This document shows positions 40,401 to 55,600 of a stretch of DNA of 64,000 bases, in pieces. The DNA is from Auanema rhodensis (taxonomy: Eukaryota; Animalia; Nematoda), in the NCBI GenBank assembly GCA_964057225.1, contig OZ059899.1:1674001-1738000 (forward strand), given 5' to 3'. Within the stretch, counting starts at the first letter, position 1; each line of letters begins with the position of its first letter. The notes under the pieces are model-generated. The model saw only the letters and a list, made by a program, of their open reading frames with translations, did no database searches and had not been told where the DNA came from. The translations under genes and the position numbers were made by a program.

Positions 40401-43400
40401 TTCCATTTTTCAAGGCAAAGACGATGGACAATGTTATTCAACGAAAAAAATAATTCTTCAGGGTGAAAATCGAGGATATAAGTGTGAACTTATATCAGTT
40501 GATATCTCGGTGCATTTTTAAGCTAGCGCAAATCTGATAACACAGATCGACGCAACTTAAAAATCCGCATCGAATGCACTATACTACATTGAGAAACGCT
40601 TGATACAAAAATTAGTTATGATCGTTTGAAAAATGATGCATTAGTGTATGTTGAGTTTCCATGTACACTCAACATTGCTTCCAAAAACATTTTGACAAAA
40701 ATTTTTTCGAAAAATTTCAAAATAATTTAGCAAAAAGTAGATGTTTTTAAATTTTTTTTTTCAAGGCAAAGACGATGAACAATGTTATTCAACGAAAAAA
40801 TCAATTCTTCAGGGTGAAAATCGAGGATATAAGTGTGAACTTATATCAGTTGATATCTCGGTGCATTTTTAAGCTAGCGCAAATCTGATAACACAGATCG
40901 ACGCAGCTTAAAAATCCGCATCAAATGCACTATACTACATTGAGAAACGCTTGATACAAAAATTAGTTATGATCGTTTGAAAAATGATGCATTAGTGTAT
41001 GTTGAGTTTCCATGTACACTCAACATTGCTTCCAAAAACATTTTGACAAAAATTTTTTCGAAAAATTTCAAATAAATTTAGCAAAAAGTAGATGTTTTTA
41101 GATTCCATTTCTCAAGGCAAAGACGATGGACAATGTTATTCAACGAAAAAATTAATTCTTCAGGGTGAAAATTGAGGATATAAGTGTGAACTTATATCAG
41201 TTGATATCTCGGTGCATTTTTAAGCTAGCGCAAATCTGATAACACAGATCGACGCAGCTTAAAAATCCGCATCGAATGCACTATACTACATTGAGAATCG
41301 CTTGATACAAAAATAAATTATGATCGTTTGAAAAATGATGCATTAGTGTATGTTGAGTTTCCATGTACACTCAACATTGCTTCCAAAAACATTTTGACAA
41401 AAATTTTTTCGAAAAATTTCGAAATAATTTAGCAAAAAGTAGATGTTTTTAGATTCCATTTTTCAAGGCAAAGACGATGGACAATGTTATTCAACGAAAA
41501 AAATAATTCTTCAGGGTGAAAATCGAGGATATAAGTGTGAACTTATATCAGTTGATATCTCGGTGCATTTTTAAGCTAGCGCAAATCTGATAACACAGAT
41601 CGACGCAACTTAAAAATCCGCATCGAATGCACTATACTACATTGAGAAACGCTTGATACAAAAATTAGTTATGATCGTTTGAAAAATGATGCATTAGTGT
41701 ATGTTGAGTTTCCATGTACACTCAACATTGCTTCCAAAAACATTTTGACAAAAATTTTTTCGAAAAATTTCAAAATAATTTAGCAAAAAGTAGATGTTTT
41801 TAAATTCTTTTTTTCAAGGCAAAGACGATGAACAATGTTATTCAACGAAAAAATCAATTCTTCAGGGTGAAAATCGAGGATATAAGTGTGAACTTGTATC
41901 AGTTGATATCTCGGTGCATTTTTAAGCTAGCGCAAATCTGATAACACAGATCGACGCAGCTTAAAAATCCGCATCGAATGCACTATACTACATTGAGAAA
42001 CGCTTGATACAAAAATTAGTTATGATCGTTTGAAAAATGATGCATTAGTGTATGTTGAGTTTCCATGTACACTCAACATTGCTTCCAAAAACATTTTGAC
42101 AAAACTTTTTTTGAAAAATTTCAGAATAATTTAGCAAAAAGTAGATGTTTTTAGATTTCATTTTACAAGGCAAAGACGATGGACAATGTTATTCAACGAA
42201 AAAAATAATTCTTCAGGGTGAAAATCGAGGATATAAGTGTGAACTTATATCAATTGATATCTCGGTGCATTTTTAAGCTAGCGCAAATCTGATAACACAG
42301 ATCGACGCAGCTTAAAAATCCGCATCGAATGCACTATACTACATTGAGAAACGCTTAATACAAAAATTAGTTATGATCGTTTGAAAAATGATGCATTAGT
42401 GTATGTTGAGTTTCCATGTACACTCAACATTGCTTCCAAAAACATTTTGACAAAAATTTTTTCGAAAAATTTCAAAATAATTTAGCAAAAAGTAGTTGTT
42501 TTTAGATTCCATTTTTCAAGGCAAAGACGATGGACAATGTTATTCAACGAAAAAAATAATTCTTCAGGGTGAAAATCGAGGATATAAGTGTGAACTTATA
42601 TCAGTTGATATCTCGGTGCATTTTTAAGCTAGCGCAAATCTGATAACACAGATCGACGCAGCTTAAAAATCCGCATCGAATGCACTATACCACATTGAGA
42701 AAAACTTAATACAAAAATTAGTTATGATCGTTTGAAAAATGATGCATTAGTGTATGTCGAGTTTCCATGTACACTCAACATTGCTTCCAAAAACATTTTG
42801 ACAAAAATTTTTTCGAAAAATTTCGAAATAATTTAGCAAAAAGTAGATGTTTTTAGATTCCATTTTTCAAGCCAAAGACGATGGACAATGTTATTCAACG
42901 AAAAAAATAATTCTTCAGGGTGAAAATCGAGGATATAAGTGTGAACTTATATCAGTTGATATCTCGGTGCATTTTTAAGCTAGCGCAAATCTGATAACAC
43001 AGATCGACGCAACTTAAAAATCCGCATCGAATGCACTATACTACATTGAGAAACGCTTGATACAAAAATTAGTTATGATCGTTTGAAAAATGATGCATTA
43101 GTGTATGTTGAGTTTCCATGTACACTCAACATTGCTTCCAAAAACATTTTGACAAAAATTTTTTCGAAAAATTTCAAAATAATTTAGCAAAAAGTAGATG
43201 TTTTTAAATTTTTTTTTTCAAGGCAAAGACGATGAACAATGTTATTCAACGAAAAAATCAATTCTTCAGGGTGAAAATCGAGGATATAAGTGTGAACTTA
43301 TATCAGTTGATATCTCGGTGCATTTTTAAGCTAGCGCAAATCTGATAACACAGATCGACGCAGCTTAAAAATCCGCATCAAATGCACTATACTACATTGA

Positions 43401-46400
43401 GAAACGCTTGATACAAAAATTAGTTATGATCGTTTGAAAAATGATGCATTAGTGTATGTTGAGTTTCCATGTACACTCAACATTGCTTCCAAAAACATTT
43501 TGACAAAAATTTTTTCGAAAAATTTCAAATAAATTTAGCAAAAAGTAGATGTTTTTAGATTCCATTTCTCAAGGCAAAGACGATGGACAATGTTATTCAA
43601 CGAAAAAATTAATTCTTCAGGGTGAAAATTGAGGATATAAGTGTGAACTTATATCAGTTGATATCTCGGTGCATTTTTAAGCTAGCGCAAATCTGATAAC
43701 ACAGATCGACGCAGCTTAAAAATCCGCATCGAATGCACTATACTACATTGAGAAACGCTTGATACAAAAATTAGTTATGATCGTTTGAAAAATGATGCAT
43801 TAGTGTATGTTGAGTTTCCATGTACACTCAACATTGCTTCCAAAAACATTTTGACAAAACTTTTTTTGAAAAATTTCAAAATAATTTAGCAAAAAGTAGA
43901 TGTTTTTAGATTCCATTTTACAAGGCAAAGACGATGGACAATGTTATTCAACGAAAAAAATAATTCTTCAGGGTGAAAATCGAGGATATAAGTGTGAACT
44001 TATATCAATTGATATCTCGGTGCATTTTTAAGCTAGCGCAAATCTGATAACACAGATCGACGCAGCTTAAAAATCCGCATCGAATGCACTATACTACATT
44101 GAGAAACGCTTAATACAAAAATTAGTTATGATCGTTTGAAAAATGATGCATTAGTGTATGTTGAGTTTCCATGTACACTCAACATTGCTACCAAAAACAT
44201 TTTGACAAAAATTTTTTTGAAAAATTTCAGAATAATTTAGCAAAAAGTAGATGTTTTTAGATTCCATTTTTCAAGGCAAAGACGATGGACAATGTTATTC
44301 AACGAAAAAAATAATTCTTCAGGGTGAAAATCGAGGATATAAGTGTGAACTTATATCAGTTGATATCTCGGTGCATTTTTAAGCTAGCGCAAATCTGATA
44401 ACACAGATCGACGCAACTTAAAAATCCGCATCGAATGCACTATACTACATTGAGAAACGCTTGATACAAAAATTAGTTATGATCGTTTGAAAAATGATGC
44501 ATTAGTGTATGTTGAGTTTCCATGTACACTCAACATTGCTTCCAAAAACATTTTGACAAAAATTTTTTCGAAAAATTTCAAAATAATTTAGCAAAAAGTA
44601 GATGTTTTTAAATTTTTTTTTTCAAGGCAAAGACGATGAACAATGTTATTCAACGAAAAAATCAATTCTTCAGGGTGAAAATCGAGGATATAAGTGTGAA
44701 CTTATATCAGTTGATATCTCGGTGCATTTTTAAGCTAGCGCAAATCTGATAACACAGATCGACGCAGCTTAAAAATCCGCATCGAATGCACTATACTACA
44801 TTGAGAAACGCTTAATACAAAAATTAGTTATGATCGTTTGAAAAATGATGCATTAGTGTATGTTGAGTTTCCATGTACACTCAACATTGCTACCAAAAAC
44901 ATTTTGACAAAAATTTTTTTGAAAAATTTCAGAATAATTTAGCAAAAAGTAGATGTTTTTAGATTCCATTTTTCAAGGCAAAGACGATGGACAATGTTAT
45001 TCAACGAAAAAAATAATTCTTCAGGGTGAAAATCGAGGATATAAGTGTGAACTTATATCAGTTGATATCTCGGTGCATTTTTAAGCTAGCGCAAATCTGA
45101 TAACATAGATCGACGCAGCTTAAAAATCCGCATCGAATGCACTATACTACATTGAGAAAAACTTAATACAAAAATTAGTTATGATCGTTTGAAAAATGAT
45201 GCATTAGTGTATGTTGAGTTTCCATGTACACTCAACATTGCTTCCAAAAACATTTTGACAAAAATTTTTTCGAAAAATTTCGAAATAATTTAGCAAAAAG
45301 TAGATGTTTTTAGATTCCATTTTTCAAGGCAAAGACGATGGACAATGTTATTCAACGAAAAAAATAATTCTTCAGGGTGAAAATCGAGGATATAAGTGTG
45401 AACTTATATCAGTTGATATCTCGGTGCATTTTTAAGCTAGCGCAAATCTGATAACACAGATCGACGCAACTTAAAAATCCGCATCGAATGCACTATACTA
45501 CATTGAGAAACGCTTGATACAAAAATTAGTTATGATCGTTTGAAAAATGATGCATTAGTGTATGTTGAGTTTCCATGTACACTCAACATTGCTTCCAAAA
45601 ACATTTTGACAAAAATTTTTTCGAAAAATTTCGAAATAATTTAGCAAAAAGTAGATGTTTTTAGATTCCATTTTTCAAGGCAAAGACGATGGACAATGTT
45701 ATTCAACGAAAAAAATAATTCTTCAGGGTGAAAATCGAGGATATAAGTGTGAACTTATATCAGTTGATATCTCGGTGCATTTTTAAGCTAGCGCAAATCT
45801 GATAACACAGATCGACGCAGCTTAAAAATCCGCATCAAATGCACTATACTACATTGAGAAACGCTTGATACAAAAATTAGTTATGATCGTTTGAAAAATG
45901 ATGCATTAGTGTATGTTGAGTTTCCATGTACACTCAACATTGCTTCCAAAAACATTTTGACAAAAATTTTTTTGAAAAATTTCAAAATAATTTAGCAAAA
46001 AGTAGATGTTTTTAGATTCCGTTTTTCAAGGCAAAGACGATGAACAATGTTATTCAACGAAAAAATCAATTCTTCAGGGTGAAAATTGAGGATATAAGTG
46101 TGAACTTATATCAGTTGATATCTCGGTGCATTTTTAAGCTAGCGCAAATCTGATAACACAGATCGACGCAGCTTAAAAATCCGCATCGAATGCACTATAC
46201 TACATTGAGAAACGCTTGATACAAAAATTAGTTATGATCGTTTGAAAAATGATGCATTAGTGTATGTTGAGTTTCCATGTACACTCAACATTGCTTCCAA
46301 AAACATTTTGACAAAACTTTTTTTGAAAAATTTCAAAATAATTTAGCAAAAAGTAGATGTTTTTAGATTTCATTTTACAAGGCAAAGACGATGGACAATG

Positions 46401-46683
46401 TTATTCAACGAAAAAAATAATTCTTCAGGGTGAAAATCGAGGATATAAGTGTGAACTTATATCAATTGATATCTCGGTGCATTTTTAAGCTAGCGCAAAT
46501 CTGATAACACAGATCGACGCAGCTTAAAAATCCGCATCGAATGCACTATACTACATTGAGAAACGCTTAATACAAAAATTAGTTATGATCGTTTGAAAAA
46601 TGATGCATTAGTGTATGTTGAGTTTCCATGTACACTCAACATTGCTACCAAAAACATTTTGACAAAAATTTTTTTGAAAAATT

Positions 46684-49600
46684 TCAGAATAATTTAGCAA
46701 AAAGTAGATGTTTTTAGATTCCATTTTTCAAGGCAAAGACGATGGACAATGTTATTCAACGAAAAAAATAATTCTTCAGGGTGAAAATCGAGGATATAAG
46801 TGTGAACTTATATCAGTTGATATCTCGGTGCATTTTTAAGCTAGCGCAAATCTGATAACACAGATCGACGCAGCTTAAAAATCCGCATCGAATGCACTAT
46901 ACTACATTGAGAAAAACTTAATACAAAAATTAGTTATGATCGTTTGAAAAATGATGCATTAGTGTATGTTGAGTTTCCATGTACACTCAACATTGCTTCC
47001 AAAAACATTTTGACAAAAATTTTTTCGAAAAATTTCGAAATAATTTAGCGAAAAGTAGATGTTTTTAGATTCCATTTTTCAAGGCAAAGACGATGGACAA
47101 TGTTATTCAACGAAAAAAATAATTCTTCAGGGTGAAAATCGAGGATATAAGTGTGAACTTATATCAGTTGATATCTCGGTGCATTTTTAAGCTAGCGCAA
47201 ATCTGATAACACAGATCGACGCAACTTAAAAATCCGCATCGAATGCACTATACTACATTGAGAAACGCTTGATACAAAAATTAGTTATGATCGTTTGAAA
47301 AATGATGCATTAGTGTATGTTGAGTTTCCATGTACACTCAACATTGCTTCCAAAAACATTTTGACAAAAATTTTTTCGAAAAATTTCAAAATAATTTAGC
47401 AAAAAGTAGATGTTTTTAAATTCTTTTTTTCAAGGCAAAGACGATGAACAATGTTATTCAACGAAAAAATCAATTCTTCAGGGTGAAAATCGAGGATATA
47501 AGTGTGAACTTATATCAGTTGATATCTCGGTGCATTTTTAAGCTAGCGCAAATCTGATAACACAGATCGACGCAGCTTAAAAATCCGCATCAAATGCGCT
47601 ATACTACATTGAGAAACGCTTGATACAAAAATTAGTTATGATCGTTTGAAAAATGATGCATTAGTGTATGTTGAGTTTCCATGTACACTCAACATTGCTT
47701 CCAAAAACATTTTGACAAAAATTTTTTCGAAAAATTTCAAATAAATTTAGCAAAAAGTAGATGTTTTTAGATTCCATTTCTCAAGGCAAAGACGATGGAC
47801 AATGTTATTCAACGAAAAAATTAATTCTTCAGGGTGAAAATTGAGGATATAAGTGTGAACTTATATCAGTTGATATCTCGGTGCATTTTTAAGCTAGCGC
47901 AAATCTGATAACACAGATCGACGCAACTTAAAAATCCGCATCGAATGCACTATACTACATTGAGAAACGCTTAATACAAAAATTAGTTATGATCGTTTGA
48001 AAAATGATGCATTAGTGTATGTTGAGTTTCCATGTACACTCAACATTGCTTCCAAAAACATTTTGACAAAACTTTTTTTGAAAAATTTCAAAATAATTTA
48101 GCAAAAAGTAGATGTTTTTAGATTCCGTTTTTCAAGGCAAAGACGATGGACAATGTTATTCAACGAAAAAATTAATTCTTCAGGGTGAAAATCGAGGATA
48201 TAAGTGTGAACTTATATCAGTTGATATCTCGGTGCATTTTTAAGCTACCGCAAATCTGATAACACAGATCGACGCAGCTTAAAAATCCATATCAAATGCA
48301 CTATACTACATTGAGAAACGCTTGATACAAAAATTAGTTATGATCGTTTGAAAAATGATGCATTAGTGTATGTTGAGTTTCCATGTACACTCAACATTGC
48401 TTCCAAAAACATTTTGACAAAAATTTTTTCCAAAAATTTCAAAATAATTTAGCAAAAAGTAGATGTTTTTAGATTCCATTTTACAAGGCAAAGACGATGG
48501 ACAATGTTATTCAACGAAAAAAATAATTCTTCAGGGTGAAAATCGAGGATATAAGTGTGAACTTATATCAATTGATATCTCGGTGCATTTTTAAGCTAGC
48601 GCAAATCTGATAACACAGATCGACGCAGCTTAAAAATCCGCATCGAATGCACTATACTACATTGAGAAACGCTTAATACAAAAATTAGTTATGATCGTTT
48701 GAAAAATGATGCATTAGTGTATGTTGAGTTTCCATGTACACTCAACATTGCTACCAAAAACATTTTGACAAAAATTTTTTTGAAAAATTTCAGAATAATT
48801 TAGCAAAAAGTAGATGTTTTTAGATTCCATTTTTCAAGGCAAAGACGATGGACAATGTTATTCAACGAAAAAAATAATTCTTCAGGGTGAAAATCGAGGA
48901 TATAAGTGTGAACTTATATCAGTTGATATCTCGGTGCATTTTCAAGCTAGCGCAAATCTGATAACACAGATCGACGCAGCTTAAAAATCCGCATCGAATG
49001 CACTATACTACATTGAGAAACGCTTGATACAAAAATTAGTTATGATCGTTTGAAAAATGATGCATTAGTGTATGTTGAGTTTCCATGTACACTCAACATT
49101 GCTTCCAAAAACATTTTGACAAAAATTTTTTCGAAAAATTTCGAAATAATTTAGCAAAAAGTAGATGTTTTTAGATTCCATTTTTCAAGGCAAAGACGAT
49201 GGACAATGTTATTCAACGAAAAAAATAATTCTTCAGGGTGAAAATCGAGGATATAAGTGTGAACTTATATCAGTTGATATCTCGGTGCATTTTTAAGCTA
49301 GCGCAAATCTGATAACACAGATCGACGCAACTTAAAAATCCGCATCGAATGCACTATACTACATTGAGAAACGCTTGATACAAAAATTAGTTATGATCGT
49401 TTGAAAAATGATGCATTAGTGTATGTTGAGTTTCCATGTACACTCAACATTGCTTCCAAAAACATTTTGACAAAAATTTTTTCGAAAAATTTCAAAATAA
49501 TTTAGCAAAAAGTAGATGTTTTTAAATTCTTTTTTTCAAGGCAAAGACGATGAACAATGTTATTCAACGAAAAAATCAATTCTTCAGGGTGAAAATCGAG

Positions 49601-52600
49601 GATATAAGTGTGAACTTATATCAGTTGATATCTCGGTGCATTTTTAAGCTAGCGCAAATCTGATAACACAGATCGACGCAGCTTAAAAATCCGCATCAAA
49701 TGCACTATACTACATTGAGAAACGCTTGATACAAAAATTAGTTATGATCGTTTGAAAAATGATGCATTAGTGTATGTTGAGTTTCCATGTACACTCAACA
49801 TTGCTTCCAAAAACATTTTGACAAAAATTTTTTCGAAAAATTTCAAATAAATTTAGCAAAAAGTAGATGTTTTTAGATTCCATTTCTCAAGGCAAAGACG
49901 ATGGACAATGTTATTCAACGAAAAAATTAATTCTTCAGGGTGAAAATTGAGGATATAAGTGTGAACTTATATCAGTTGATATCTCGGTGCATTTTTAAGC
50001 TAGCGCAAATCTGATAACACAGATCGACGCAGCTTAAAAATCCGCATCGAATGCACTATACTACATTGAGAAACGCTTAATACAAAAATTAGTTATGATC
50101 GTTTGAAAAATGATGCATTAGTGTATGTTGAGTTTCCATGTACACTCAACATTGCTTCCAAAAACATTTTGACAAAACTTTTTTTGAAAAATTTCAAAAT
50201 AATTTAGCAAAAAGTAGATGTTTTTAGATTCCGTTTTTCAAGGCAAAGACGATGGACAATGTTATTCAACGAAAAAATTAATTCTTCAGGGTGAAAATCG
50301 AGGATATAAGTGTGAACTTATATCAGTTGATATCTCGGTGCATTTTTAAGCTACCGCAAATCTGATAACACAGATCGACGCAGCTTAAAAATCCATATCA
50401 AATGCACTATACTACATTGAGAAACGCTTGATACAAAAATTAGTTATGATCGTTTGAAAAATGATGCATTAGTGTATGTTGAGTTTCCATGTACACTCAA
50501 CATTGCTTCCAAAAACATTTTGACAAAAATTTTTTCCAAAAATTTCAAAATAATTTAGCAAAAAGTAGATGTTTTTAGATTCCATTTTACAAGGCAAAGA
50601 CGATGGACAATGTTATTCAACGAAAAAAATAATTCTTCAGGGTGAAAATCGAGGATATAAGTGTGAACTTATATCAGTTGATATCTCGGTGCATTTTTAA
50701 GCTACCGCAAATCTGATAACACAGATCGACGCAGCTTAAAAATCCATATCCGCAACGAAAAAAATAATTCTTCAGGGTGAAAATCGAGGATATAAGTGTG
50801 AACTTATATCAATTGATATCTCGGTGCATTTTTAAGCTAGCGCAAATCTGATAACACAGATCGACGCAGCTTAAAAATCCGCATCGAATGCACTATACTA
50901 CATTGAGAAACGCTTAATACAAAAATTAGTTATGATTGTTTGAAAAATGATGCATTAGTGTATGTTGAGTTTCCATGTACACTCAACATTGCTACCAAAA
51001 ACATTTTGACAAAAATTTTTTTGAAAAATTTCAGAATAATTTAGCAAAAAGTAGATGTTTTTAGATTCCATTTTTCAAGGCAAAGACGATGGACAATGTT
51101 ATTCAACGAAAAAAATAATTCTTCAGGGTGAAAATCGAGGATATAAGTGTGAACTTATATCAGTTGATATCTCGGTGCATTTTTAAGCTAGCGCAAATCT
51201 GATAACACAGATCGACGCAGCTTAAAAATCCGCATCGAATGCACTATACTACATTGAGAAAAACTTAATACAAAAATTAGTTATGATCGTTTGAAAAATG
51301 ATGCATTAGTGTATGTTGAGTTTCCATGTACACTCAACATTGCTTCCAAAAACATTTTGACAAAAATTTTTTCGAAAAATTTCGAAATAATTTAGCGAAA
51401 AGTAGATGTTTTTAGATTCCATTTTTCAAGGCAAAGACGATGGACAATGTTATTCAACGAAAAAAATAATTCTTCAGGGTGAAAATCGAGGATATAAGTG
51501 TGAACTTATATCAGTTGATATCTCGGTGCATTTTTAAGCTAGCGCAAATCTGATAACACAGATCGACGCAACTTAAAAATCCGCATCGAATGCACTATAC
51601 TACATTGAGAAACGCTTGATACAAAAATTAGTTATGATCGTTTGAAAAATGATGCATTAGTGTATGTTGAGTTTCCATGTACACTCAACATTGCTTCCAA
51701 AAACATTTTGACAAAAATTTTTTCGAAAAATTTCAAAATAATTTAGCAAAAAGTAGATGTTTTTAAATTCTTTTTTTCAAGGCAAAGACGATGAACAATG
51801 TTATTCAACGAAAAAATCAATTCTTCAGGGTGAAAATCGAGGATATAAGTGTGAACTTATATCAGTTGATATCTCGGTGCATTTTTAAGCTAGCGCAAAT
51901 CTGATAACACAGATCGACGCAGCTTAAAAATCCGCATCAAATGCGCTATACTACATTGAGAAACGCTTGATACAAAAATTAGTTATGATCGTTTGAAAAA
52001 TGATGCATTAGTGTATGTTGAGTTTCCATGTACACTCAACATTGCTTCCAAAAACATTTTGACAAAAATTTTTTCGAAAAATTTCAAATAAATTTAGCAA
52101 AAAGTAGATGTTTTTAGATTCCATTTCTCAAGGCAAAGACGATGGACAATGTTATTCAACGAAAAAATTAATTCTTCAGGGTGAAAATTGAGGATATAAG
52201 TGTGAACTTATATCAGTTGATATCTCGGTGCATTTTTAAGCTAGCGCAAATCTGATAACACAGATCGACGCAACTTAAAAATCCGCATCGAATGCACTAT
52301 ACTACATTGAGAAACGCTTAATACAAAAATTAGTTATGATCGTTTGAAAAATGATGCATTAGTGTATGTTGAGTTTCCATGTACACTCAACATTGCTTCC
52401 AAAAACATTTTGACAAAACTTTTTTTGAAAAATTTCAAAATAATTTAGCAAAAAGTAGATGTTTTTAGATTCCGTTTTTCAAGGCAAAGACGATGGACAA
52501 TGTTATTCAACGAAAAAATTAATTCTTCAGGGTGAAAATCGAGGATATAAGTGTGAACTTATATCAGTTGATATCTCGGTGCATTTTTAAGCTACCGCAA

Positions 52601-55600
52601 ATCTGATAACACAGATCGACGCAGCTTAAAAATCCATATCAATAGCACTATACTACATTGAGAAACGCTTGATACAAAAATTAGTTATGATCGTTTGAAA
52701 AATGATGCATTAGTGTATGTTGAGTTTCCATGTACACTCAACATTGCTTCCAAAAACATTTTGACAAAAATTTTTTCCAAAAATTTCAAAATAATTTAGC
52801 AAAAAGTAGATGTTTTTAGATTCCATTTTACAAGGCAAAGACGATGGACAATGTTATTCAACGAAAAAAATAATTCTTCAGGGTGAAAATCGAGGATATA
52901 AGTGTGAACTTATATCAATTGATATCTCGGTGCATTTTTAAGCTAGCGCAAATCTGATAACACAGATCGACGCAGCTTAAAAATCCGCATCGAATGCACT
53001 ATACTACATTGAGAAACGCTTAATACAAAAATTAGTTATGATCGTTTGAAAAATGATGCATTAGTGTATGTTGAGTTTCCATGTACACTCAACATTGCTA
53101 CCAAAAACATTTTGACAAAAATTTTTTTGAAAAATTTCAGAATAATTTAGCAAAAAGTAGATGTTTTTAGATTCCATTTTTCAAGGCAAAGACGATGGAC
53201 AATGTTATTCAACGAAAAAAATAATTCTTCAGGGTGAAAATCGAGGATATAAGTGTGAACTTATATCAGTTGATATCTCGGTGCATTTTTAAGCTAGCGC
53301 AAATCTGATAACACAGATCGACGCAGCTTAAAAATCCGCATCGAATGCACTATACTACATTGAGAAAAACTTAATACAAAAATTAGTTATGATCGTTTGA
53401 AAAATGATGCATTAGTGTATGTTGAGTTTCCATGTACACTCAACATTGCTTCCAAAAACATTTTGACAAAAATTTTTTCGAAAAATTTCGAAATAATTTA
53501 GCGAAAAGTAGATGTTTTTAGATTCCATTTTTCAAGGCAAAGACGATGGACAATGTTATTCAACGAAAAAAATAATTCTTCAGGGTGAAAATCGAGGATA
53601 TAAGTGTGAACTTATATCAGTTGATATCTCGGTGCATTTTTAAGCTAGCGCAAATCTGATAACACAGATCGACGCAACTTAAAAATCCGCATCGAATGCA
53701 CTATACTACATTGAGAAACGCTTGATACAAAAATTAGTTATGATCGTTTGAAAAATGATGCATTAGTGTATGTTGAGTTTCCATGTACACTCAACATTGC
53801 TTCCAAAAACATTTTGACAAAAATTTTTTCGAAAAATTTCAAAATAATTTAGCAAAAAGTAGATGTTTTTAAATTCTTTTTTTCAAGGCAAAGACGATGA
53901 ACAATGTTATTCAACGAAAAAATCAATTCTTCAGGGTGAAAATCGAGGATATAAGTGTGAACTTATATCAGTTGATATCTCGGTGCATTTTTAAGCTAGC
54001 GCAAATCTGATAACACAGATCGACGCAGCTTAAAAATCCGCATCAAATGCGCTATACTACATTGAGAAACGCTTGATACAAAAATTAGTTATGATCGTTT
54101 GAAAAATGATGCATTAGTGTATGTTGAGTTTCCATGTACACTCAACATTGCTTCCAAAAACATTTTGACAAAAATTTTTTCGAAAAATTTCAAATAAATT
54201 TAGCAAAAAGTAGATGTTTTTAGATTCCATTTCTCAAGGCAAAGACGATGGACAATGTTATTCAACGAAAAAATTAATTCTTCAGGGTGAAAATTGAGGA
54301 TATAAGTGTGAACTTATATCAGTTGATATCTCGGTGCATTTTTAAGCTAGCGCAAATCTGATAACACAGATCGACGCAACTTAAAAATCCGCATCGAATG
54401 CACTATACTACATTGAGAAACGCTTAATACAAAAATTAGTTATGATCGTTTGAAAAATGATGCATTAGTGTATGTTGAGTTTCCATGTACACTCAACATT
54501 GCTTCCAAAAACATTTTGACAAAACTTTTTTTGAAAAATTTCAAAATAATTTAGCAAAAAGTAGATGTTTTTAGATTCCGTTTTTCAAGGCAAAGACGAT
54601 GGACAATGTTATTCAACGAAAAAATTAATTCTTCAGGGTGAAAATCGAGGATATAAGTGTGAACTTATATCAGTTGATATCTCGGTGCATTTTTAAGCTA
54701 CCGCAAATCTGATAACACAGATCGACGCAGCTTAAAAATCCATATCAAATGCACTATACTACATTGAGAAACGCTTGATACAAAAATTAGTTATGATCGT
54801 TTGAAAAATGATGCATTAGTGTATGTTGAGTTTCCATGTACACTCAACATTGCTTCCAAAAACATTTTGACAAAAATTTTTTCCAAAAATTTCAAAATAA
54901 TTTAGCAAAAAGTAGATGTTTTTAGATTCCATTTTACAAGGCAAAGACGATGGACAATGTTATTCAACGAAAAAAATAATTCTTCAGGGTGAAAATCGAG
55001 GATATAAGTGTGAACTTATATCAATTGATATCTCGGTGCATTTTTAAGCTAGCGCAAATCTGATAACACAGATCGACGCAGCTTAAAAATCCGCATCGAA
55101 TGCACTATACTACATTGAGAAACGCTTAATACAAAAATTAGTTATGATCGTTTGAAAAATGATGCATTAGTGTATGTTGAGTTTCCATGTACACTCAACA
55201 TTGCTACCAAAAACATTTTGACAAAAATTTTTTTGAAAAATTTCAGAATAATTTAGCAAAAAGTAGATGTTTTTAGATTCCATTTTTCAAGGCAAAGACG
55301 ATGGACAATGTTATTCAACGAAAAAAATAATTCTTCAGGGTGAAAATCGAGGATATAAGTGTGAACTTATATCAGTTGATATCTCGGTGCATTTTCAAGC
55401 TAGCGCAAATCTGATAACACAGATCGACGCAGCTTAAAAATCCGCATCGAATGCACTATACTACATTGAGAAAAACTTAATACAAAAATTAGGTATGATC
55501 GTTTGAAAACTGATGCATTAGTGTATGTTGAGTTTCCATGTACACTCAACATTGCTTCCAAAAACATTTTGACAAAAATTTTTTCGAAAAATTTCGAAAT

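Noticed and set aside
50618-50885. Register break as a simple tandem duplication or a transposon footprint
   Set aside because: The two segments differ at several diagnostic sites, the intact progenitor-like monomer exists at 56998, and there is no target-site duplication or foreign sequence.
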